DNA of 40,401 bases, from positions 1 through 40,401 of IMG/VR virus record IMGVR_UViG_3300043113_000314; one strand, given 5' to 3'. Positions 34,613 through 40,401 of the stretch are shown piece by piece. Each line of letters starts with the position of its first letter. Within the stretch, counting starts at the first letter, position 1. Under the pieces are notes generated by a model. The model ran no database searches. It was not told the DNA's origin and saw nothing but the letters and a program-made list of their open reading frames with translations. A program made the translations under genes and the position numbers. The DNA comes from a virus. Its lineage: Duplodnaviria > Caudoviricetes.

Positions 34613-34854
34613 GCGCACAAGTGCCGCGTGCTCCGACATGGAAAGACTGGTGGGCACCCGCAGCGATCGTGATCACGCTGATCGGCGCGATGATGACAGG
34701 CGGCGGCTACCTCAACGAGCTCCAACAGCACGAGCGCCGGATCACGGCCCTCGAAGAGAGCAATAAACAGCTCAACATGATCAACGAGCGAACGGCCAGA
34801 ATCGAGGCCAAACTCGAAATGATCGCGCCGCCAAAATCCGGACCAATGCCATGA
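34609..34854 (+). CDS. Single-TM plus coiled-coil lysis-region protein
   Basis: TM APAAIVITLIGAMMTGGGYL, then RTARIEAKLE. Confidence 0.7.
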   Translation: MSAQVPRAPTWKDWWAPAAIVITLIGAMMTGGGYLNELQQHERRITALEESNKQLNMINERTARIEAKLEMIAPPKSGPMP

Positions 34855-35444
34855 TCGAGGGCGGCGGCATCCTCTGCCTCGTTGGTTTCTTGCTGGCGCT
34901 GGCAAACCCGGTCGAACGGGCGATCGCGCAGCGCCGCTATGCCCAGGTCGGGGCATTCGAGGACACGTTGCGCGGGGCGTTCCCGCTCCATCCGCCGACG
35001 CCAGCGTTCGACGATCTCGTCTCACGCGCCGAGGCAGCGCTGGAACAGGACACCCTCTCGCGTGGCATCCGCGCCACTGCGGCGACGTACGACCAAGCCT
35101 CCGAAGGCGATGCCTGCGGGGGCTGGCCCCGCTCACTCTCCCGTACCCCGAAAGGAAATCCGATGACGCTGCTCGCAAAGTGGCGCGCCTGGTTGTGCGC
35201 GCGTCTTATCGATGACTGGCATCGCGCCTATACCTTCTCCTCGATCCGGCTCGCCGCGATCGGCGCGCTGATCGAGGCGTTCGTGCAGGCCTTTCCCGGC
35301 ACTGCGTCCGACATCTGGAATGCGATGCCGCAGGATCTGCGCGCGCTGCTCCCGTCGTGGGTGACCGGATCCTTCCCGGTGCTGCTGCTGATCGCGATTG
35401 CCGTCGCGCGCATCACCCGCAAGGTGCCGACCGATGCCCAGTAA
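34851..35444 (+). CDS. Holin (core 35163-35444) with an in-frame 104-aa upstream extension
   Basis: AAAGGA RBS before ATG 35163; LIDDWHRAYTFSSIRLAA...ARITR with two TMs; directly before the endolysin. Confidence 0.7.
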   Translation: MIEGGGILCLVGFLLALANPVERAIAQRRYAQVGAFEDTLRGAFPLHPPTPAFDDLVSRAEAALEQDTLSRGIRATAATYDQASEGDACGGWPRSLSRTPKGNPMTLLAKWRAWLCARLIDDWHRAYTFSSIRLAAIGALIEAFVQAFPGTASDIWNAMPQDLRALLPSWVTGSFPVLLLIAIAVARITRKVPTDAQ

Positions 35445-36009
35445 ACCGCGCAAGCTGACCCCGGCCAACAAGGTCGGCGTCGGCGCTGGCATCGGTGCGT
35501 TGATCGCCGCAGCCGTCACGCTGGCGTTGCCCGGCACCCGTACAGCCGAAGGCACCGTTTACCAAGCCTATCAGGACAGCGGCGGCGTTTGGACGATCTG
35601 TAATGGGCGTACCCGCGATGTCCGTCCGGGCATGACCGCAACCAAGGCGCAATGCGATGCCTGGCTGGCGGACGATCTCACCGAAGCGACCAGCGAGGCG
35701 GTGGCGATTACGCCAGAGCTGCTATCCGGCCCGGTGTCGCTTCGCGGGCAGGCCGGCGACTTCATCCTCAACGCCGGTGCGGGCCGTTGGCGCGGTTCGC
35801 CCATGGCGCGGGAGGCGGCGGCGCGGCGCTGGCGCGCGGCGTGCGAAGCGTTCCGGGGGTACATCGTTCTGTTCCGTCCGCGCGGTGCAGTGCCGAAGGG
35901 CTATGCCTGCAAGCCGTCGAGCAAGGGGATCGTCTATTGCGCGTCGCCCGGTCTTGTGAACCGGCGCGAGAAGGAACGGCGCGACTGCCTGGCGGGGTTG
36001 GCATCATGA
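35434..36009 (+). CDS. SAR-type endolysin (GH24 lysozyme)
   Basis: Gly/Ala-rich N-terminal anchor, then E-x8-D-x5-T (EGTVYQAYQDSGGVWT); GLVNRREKER. Confidence 0.9.
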   Translation: MPSKPRKLTPANKVGVGAGIGALIAAAVTLALPGTRTAEGTVYQAYQDSGGVWTICNGRTRDVRPGMTATKAQCDAWLADDLTEATSEAVAITPELLSGPVSLRGQAGDFILNAGAGRWRGSPMAREAAARRWRAACEAFRGYIVLFRPRGAVPKGYACKPSSKGIVYCASPGLVNRREKERRDCLAGLAS

Positions 36010-36458
36010 TCGCTACCCTCGCGCTTCGCCTGTTCGGAGCAGCCGCGCCCACGTGGCTCACCGCGCCCATCAAATGGCTGATCGACATCGCCATGATCCT
36101 TGCCATCCTCGGCGGCGTCTATGCCTGGATCTACCACAGCGGCGAAAAAGCTGGTGGTGCCAAGGTCACCGCCAAGGTCGAAAAGCAGCACGCCAAGACC
36201 GTTGCCGAAGCCAAAGCCGACACCACGACCGCACAATCCACGGCCACCGCGATCGGCGCGACGACTGCGCACAACAACCAAGCCGCGACCGAGGCCGTGC
36301 AACAGAAAACTGAGGAAATGCACCATGCGATCGACGTATCTGCCGCGCCTGCTGGCGCTCCTCCCCCTCGCATTGACACTGCCAGCCTGTCAGCATCCAC
36401 AGACAGCCTCATCGATCGCGCGAACAGAGCGGCCGACGCTGCCGACGCCCAACCCTGA
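36006..36458 (+). CDS. Rz-like inner-membrane spanin
   Basis: N-terminal TM plus Ala-rich coiled coil, after the endolysin. Confidence 0.75.
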   Translation: MIATLALRLFGAAAPTWLTAPIKWLIDIAMILAILGGVYAWIYHSGEKAGGAKVTAKVEKQHAKTVAEAKADTTTAQSTATAIGATTAHNNQAATEAVQQKTEEMHHAIDVSAAPAGAPPPRIDTASLSASTDSLIDRANRAADAADAQP

Positions 36459-36678
36459 GTTGCTTAAGGCTGAGCGCCTGAAGCCGCTGGAACACCCTGA
36501 GACGGGCGTGATGGTGCAGGTAGACCAAGGCTGGCTGCGCGCGTCGCAGGACCTGCTGGCGGCGGCGATCGGCGCGGTCGAACGCGGCAACAACCGCGCG
36601 GCTGGCAACCGGCTCTACCTGCATTGCGTCAAGGCCGTGTTCGCGACGGGCGTGCTGCCGAAGGACTGCCCGAAATAA
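36325..36678 (+). CDS. Rz1-like outer-membrane lipoprotein spanin (overlapping)
   Basis: MRSTYLPRLLALLPLALTLPAC lipobox, Pro-rich, +1 frame overlapping the Rz 3' end. Confidence 0.75.
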   Translation: MRSTYLPRLLALLPLALTLPACQHPQTASSIARTERPTLPTPNPELLKAERLKPLEHPETGVMVQVDQGWLRASQDLLAAAIGAVERGNNRAAGNRLYLHCVKAVFATGVLPKDCPK

Positions 36679-36828
36679 TCCCCCGCCCGGCCATCCATCC
36701 TCACGGTTAGGATCAACTGCGATTTGGTGGGTGGAGAGGACTAGGCCGTACCGAAGCAGCGGGCCTAGCCATATCGAGTTCCTGCTACCACAACCCCGCT
36801 TGCGGTTCAAGAGGTGGTGCGGCGTGCT
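36679..36828 (-). ncRNA. Candidate structured RNA element (three helices)
   Basis: Minus-strand hairpins capped by GCAA, cUUCGg and GUGA tetraloops. Confidence 0.35.
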
Positions 36829-36912
36829 TTAAAAGCGAATATCCTCGTCCTCCCATTCGTAAATGTCCCAACCGAAATTGAGTTGGATGAAATGCCTAAG
36901 CGCGGGTGACAT
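36829..36912 (-). CDS. Possible 27-aa peptide
   Basis: MSPALRHFIQLNFGWDIYEWEDEDIRF; starts 2 nt after the upstream stop, with a purine-rich RBS. Confidence 0.4.
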   Translation of the reverse strand: MSPALRHFIQLNFGWDIYEWEDEDIRF

Positions 36913-36914
36913 GC

Positions 36915-37220
36915 TCATTCCCCCGCCTCCTCATCCAAGCGGGAGAGCGCGGCGAGGGCAATCTCCTGGCTATGGCGGGCACCGAGCGGGGATGGCCATA
37001 GTTTGCCATTCTCTAGCGTGATTTGTGTCCCTGCGGCGATCTTGCGCAATGCCCGCTCGACCGTCCCCGCATCCTCTGGCGCTGGGGGACGGGTGGCGAG
37101 GATAGTGTGAATACGATCAACACCGTCTACGATACCTTCGCCGGGGCCTAATTGCGCGACTGCCCAAATCTCATGAGCCATCCCGACCAAATCATCCCAA
37201 TCCTCTCGCTCATTCTGCAC
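36915..37220 (-). CDS. Hypothetical protein
   Basis: Member of the coupled leftward gene chain. Confidence 0.65.
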   Translation of the reverse strand: MQNEREDWDDLVGMAHEIWAVAQLGPGEGIVDGVDRIHTILATRPPAPEDAGTVERALRKIAAGTQITLENGKLWPSPLGARHSQEIALAALSRLDEEAGE

Positions 37221-37533
37221 TTGGCGTCTCCCTGATGGCGGACTCCAAGCCCGCGACTGATTTATTCAACCTCGAAGCCACGCCCGACCATTCGGCGTCG
37301 CGTGCCGCAACCGCAGCCGCAACCCGCGCGTCCTCGCCGGCGATGTGGGCGAGAAGGGCCGGGAGCGCGTGAAGTGCGGCTTGGCATGCATCGACTGCAT
37401 CGCGCTGACCTTCCGACATCTCGTAATCGCCGAAGTATTTGTAGTCGATCTCTCTGTCTATCACTGGGATGCGCTCCACCAGCCCCACCAGCGCCTCAAC
37501 GTCCAGTTGGGCGGTCATGTCATCCGAACGCAT
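37210..37533 (-). CDS. Hypothetical protein (Ead/Ea22-like composition)
   Basis: AALHALPALLAHI segment; coupled chain. Confidence 0.6.
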   Translation of the reverse strand: MRSDDMTAQLDVEALVGLVERIPVIDREIDYKYFGDYEMSEGQRDAVDACQAALHALPALLAHIAGEDARVAAAVAARDAEWSGVASRLNKSVAGLESAIRETPSAE

Positions 37534-37741
37534 GCTTCAATCCTTCCTTGGAAAGCAGTTCAGGGCGGCTCTTGTTGATCATGCGGGCGAGCGTTACCGC
37601 GCGCGCCTCCGACAAGCCGCAGTCGAGCAGGAAACCATCGGAACAGAGCACCATCCACACGGTCGCATTGCCCTGGTCGCTGTTGATCTCGCGCTTGCAG
37701 ACCAACGCCTTGTCGCTGTTCAGTTCCTCGAAAGTACTCAC
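37520..37741 (-). CDS. Hypothetical protein
   Basis: GTGA-coupled to DUF1643, AAGGA RBS. Confidence 0.65.
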   Translation of the reverse strand: MSTFEELNSDKALVCKREINSDQGNATVWMVLCSDGFLLDCGLSEARAVTLARMINKSRPELLSKEGLKHAFG

Positions 37742-38304
37742 TCCGCTTCCTTCGTTTGCGCGCCCACTGCGGGGCGGGGGGATAGGGTGGCGGGGAACGG
37801 CACGAACGGTTGGTCACCGCGCACGTAGAGCGGATGACGCGGGTGCCCGTCCTTGGTGGTGCCGAGGCAAACGAGTTGCGCACCCCACCCCTTCGCCGAG
37901 CAAATCACCGACGCAGCACGATCGCGGTGACCGCCGAGTGTTCCCCATGCGGCGAGAACTGGCACTCCGGTGACCGAAGAGCTGTTGAGCGCCCTCTCGA
38001 TATAGTCCGATCCCTCGGGCCCGAACGGATCGGGCGCTGCCATCATATCGTCGGGCGATGTCGCGCGGAATGCGAACAGGTTGACGACTTGGATGCCAGC
38101 GAAACCCTCGCGGCGCGCGAATGCCATGCAGCGCCGAATCGTCGGGTCATCGACCGCCGCGTCAGCCGTGCTCGGGTTGAGCATAATGATCGGCAGCACG
38201 AACGCAGATCCGCCCCACTCGCGGCGCAGCGAATAGCGGTATTTTCCGCACGGCGAAATCGTGGCGCTCGAGCGAACGCTATCGAACAGATCGTACACCC
38301 TCAC
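37738..38304 (-). CDS. DUF1643 family protein
   Basis: CGKYRYSLRREW, MLNPSTAD...DDPTIRRC, NLFAFRAT, AAWG, GHPRHPLY. Confidence 0.9.
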   Translation of the reverse strand: MRVYDLFDSVRSSATISPCGKYRYSLRREWGGSAFVLPIIMLNPSTADAAVDDPTIRRCMAFARREGFAGIQVVNLFAFRATSPDDMMAAPDPFGPEGSDYIERALNSSSVTGVPVLAAWGTLGGHRDRAASVICSAKGWGAQLVCLGTTKDGHPRHPLYVRGDQPFVPFPATLSPRPAVGAQTKEAE

Positions 38305-38702
38305 TCCCCTCCCGTCTGGAGGGCGAGCGAGCGGAGGGCGGCGGCGGTTAGGGCGGCGGCGGGTGTGGCCGCATTGCCTTCAACATCTGGCAAGCGTACC
38401 GGATTTATGCGATCGTCGATCAACATAACAGTCGCGCTATCGCTAAACACAGTGAGTGCGATAACCCACCCTTCCGGCACCAGCGTTGCCGCTGCGTCGA
38501 TCGAGGCGGTGTATCGCGGCAGCACCACAAGCTGACCGCCTGTGTCGTAGCAGCATCGCCCCAGCGGGTGGCCTTCCTCTACGACGCGGAACCGTTGGAA
38601 CGGTGCGATCAGCGCATCCAACTCCCGATCCGGCCCATTCGCCCGCTCGACACGTTCAGCAAGAGACATCAGCGCTTCGGATTGTTCGGGAGGGTGGGTC
38701 AT
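38301..38702 (-). CDS. Phage ABA-sandwich-like protein
   Basis: GPDRELDALI, YTASIDAAATLVPEGW, AATPAAALTAAALR. Confidence 0.65.
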   Translation of the reverse strand: MTHPPEQSEALMSLAERVERANGPDRELDALIAPFQRFRVVEEGHPLGRCCYDTGGQLVVLPRYTASIDAAATLVPEGWVIALTVFSDSATVMLIDDRINPVRLPDVEGNAATPAAALTAAALRSLALQTGGE

Positions 38703-38953
38703 CGCGGAATCCTCCGATCGCGTTGGCGCTGTTCCTTGATGCGGTCGAGACCCATACCGAGCCCAAGCATAACGCCATCGCGGGTCAGCCATTGCCAGCC
38801 GTCAGCGCGATCGATCAGACCAGCTGCATACAGGTCATCGCGACCGCACTTGCTGGGCACATTGCCGTCCTCGGTCGGGCCAAGCAGGAACAGCGCGTAC
38901 ATCACATCCGTGGCTGCGCCTGACAGCGGCTTCAATTTGTCTATCTCGCTCAT
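38699..38953 (-). CDS. Hypothetical protein (winged-helix-like)
   Basis: LYAAGLI...WLTRDG; coupled. Confidence 0.65.
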   Translation of the reverse strand: MSEIDKLKPLSGAATDVMYALFLLGPTEDGNVPSKCGRDDLYAAGLIDRADGWQWLTRDGVMLGLGMGLDRIKEQRQRDRRIPR

Positions 38954-39165
38954 GCTCTAGCTTCCTTCTCAGTCGGGTAAGGATCAGGCTCATCGCCCGA
39001 CGCATCGATCCAATGCTCAGCGCTTCGGTCGCCATCATCGCAGATATTGCACTTGTCGTGCTCGATACGCGCTACCCATGCGGGAACGTCGGGAAAGGAC
39101 GATCGGCTAAATTCGACAGACCGCAGGCATTTGCGGCAATGAAGCTCAACCATTTCAGCGCTCAC
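38950..39165 (-). CDS. Small Zn-ribbon-like protein
   Basis: CRKC...CNIC; coupled. Confidence 0.65.
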   Translation of the reverse strand: MSAEMVELHCRKCLRSVEFSRSSFPDVPAWVARIEHDKCNICDDGDRSAEHWIDASGDEPDPYPTEKEARA

Positions 39166-39536
39166 GCTCTAGTTTCCTCTTCGGGCTCGACGGGGGTTGG
39201 GAGAGATGCGGCGGCGCGCTTCTCGTTCAGTTTGATGGTGACTGCCCAAGCGAGCGCATCCAGCTTTCGCCGCGCTGATTTGGAGTGGATGTAGATCGAC
39301 TTGCCCGCGAGGTGATCTGGATTGCGCGACGCAGGATCGTTGGTGACCGACAGCCGAAGCTCGTTTAGCTCGTCAAGCGAAAGGTCGGAAAGCTTCGGCG
39401 CGTCCCAGCCGAAATTGCGAAGCTTCCGAACTGGCGGCTCGTCATCCGCTGGCCCTAACCAGACCGATGTAGGACAATCGCAGCCGACCTTACCGCAGCC
39501 AGCGCATCCACCTGGCGGGAGTGTACGCCCGCTCAT
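39162..39536 (-). CDS. Hypothetical protein with Cys-rich N-terminus
   Basis: CAGCGKVGCDC; coupled. Confidence 0.65.
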   Translation of the reverse strand: MSGRTLPPGGCAGCGKVGCDCPTSVWLGPADDEPPVRKLRNFGWDAPKLSDLSLDELNELRLSVTNDPASRNPDHLAGKSIYIHSKSARRKLDALAWAVTIKLNEKRAAASLPTPVEPEEETRA

Positions 39537-39706
39537 ACCCCGTCACCCCCAAGGCGCGCGATCTCGGACGTTAGCGAGGGGGTGGGCTGACAATCATGGA
39601 TTACACGATCGCCGTTCCCGCATTTTGAGCACGGGTACAGCGGGACGTCATTAAGGCTCCGCTGCCGAAGCGCGCGAACGCCAGGCCAGTCATGCAAATC
39701 GGTCAC
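39533..39706 (-). CDS. Small Cys-containing protein (57 aa)
   Basis: Missing from the ORF track. GTGA/ATGA coupling at both ends; CSKC...HDC. Confidence 0.55.
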   Translation of the reverse strand: MTDLHDWPGVRALRQRSLNDVPLYPCSKCGNGDRVIHDCQPTPSLTSEIARLGGDGV

Positions 39707-40401
39707 GCTGCCATCCTTTCAAGTTTGTCGGCATAGGCGCGCACGCCAGACCATTCGTCGGGCGTCCCGGCGAACAGGCGTAGGCGATAGCGGTGGTGGT
39801 TCTGCGCAAGGCTGGTACTGTCGCAGCTCACGAACGGGTAATCGCCGCCGACCAGCACGCCGCGCAGCATGTGCAGCGGGTGCCAGGTGCCGCCCATCAG
39901 CGCGGCGACCTCGTCCATCCGCCGCCGATACGCGTCGCAGCCGACAGGCTCCTTCTTCGGGTCACCGATCCAGCCCAGACACACGCGGTCGAAGCGCTCG
40001 CAGAGCCGCGCTAACCGATCGAGCGGCCCGTCCATATGCCAGACCGGCGCGCCAATCTCACGACCGAACGGCCAATCGTTCAGCAGTCCATCGTTGACTT
40101 GAGACGGCGCGGCGGGGCGATCGGGGATCACCGCCCAGCGCCCCGGCTCCGCGATGCGCGGCGCGAGCCAGTCATAATAGGCCGACCAGTCGCTCTTGCC
40201 CGCCTCCATCGGATCGACGCCCGCGCGCATCGCCTGCATCCAGAACGAGAATGCTCCGTTGTCATACATGATCGCGGGCGACATGCGCTCGACGGCATCG
40301 ACGCTATCGGGGCGGTAAAAGCTGACGCAGAACGCGCGTCCGGCTACCGCCTCTAGCGCGGGTGCGGGCGTCAGCGGCGTCCCGTGATAGACGAGCGCCA
40401 T
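39703..40401 (-). CDS. TGT-fold (queuine tRNA-ribosyltransferase/DpdA-like) protein
   Basis: DNGAFS, IPD, PVWH, VCLG, LHMLRG and CDSTS motifs in the same order as TGT-superfamily motifs. Confidence 0.6.
   Translation of the reverse strand: MALVYHGTPLTPAPALEAVAGRAFCVSFYRPDSVDAVERMSPAIMYDNGAFSFWMQAMRAGVDPMEAGKSDWSAYYDWLAPRIAEPGRWAVIPDRPAAPSQVNDGLLNDWPFGREIGAPVWHMDGPLDRLARLCERFDRVCLGWIGDPKKEPVGCDAYRRRMDEVAALMGGTWHPLHMLRGVLVGGDYPFVSCDSTSLAQNHHRYRLRLFAGTPDEWSGVRAYADKLERMAA

Noticed and set aside
36409-36810. 133-aa minus-strand ORF over the convergence region
   Set aside because: TTG start without an RBS, and it overlaps the spanin genes in antisense; the region is better explained as structured non-coding sequence
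36679-36828. tRNA, attP or a known self-cleaving ribozyme
   Set aside because: No cloverleaf or T-loop, no hammerhead CUGAUGA/GAAA core, no convincing twister consensus and no adjacent integrase

Overview
A GC-rich, near-complete temperate phage or prophage genome with a contractile tail. The host is probably an alphaproteobacterium (inferred from the GapR homologue; a Sphingomonas-like host is only an impression). From left to right: a truncated leftward early gene with 27-bp tandem repeats (the window breaks inside them); a lambdoid switch (CI with S24 domain, Cro, four 16-bp operators); a rightward early/replication operon (CII-like protein, N4/N6 DNA methylase, HTH-GapR, RusA, DnaB, YdaU-HNH, initiator with iterons, putative late regulator); a pR'/tR'-like element interrupted by an intact three-gene IS1595 (22-bp TIRs, 8-bp TSD); terminase, portal, protease/scaffold, capsid and neck genes; sheath, tube, frameshifted chaperone, tape measure, baseplate, fibre and beta-helix tailspike; a lysis cassette (holin, SAR endolysin, spanins); and a convergent leftward block of small genes including DUF1643 and a TGT/DpdA-like enzyme. 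No integrase, att site, tRNA, CRISPR array or reverse transcriptase is visible. Most of the window is ordinary phage. The most promising leads are the cargo-bearing IS1595 in the late terminator, the orphan TGT/DpdA-like plus DUF1643 module, a tetraloop-rich structured RNA where the two arms converge, the HTH-GapR dual-start gene, and the YdaU-HNH/initiator tandem. All family calls come from motif recognition by eye; no database search was run.
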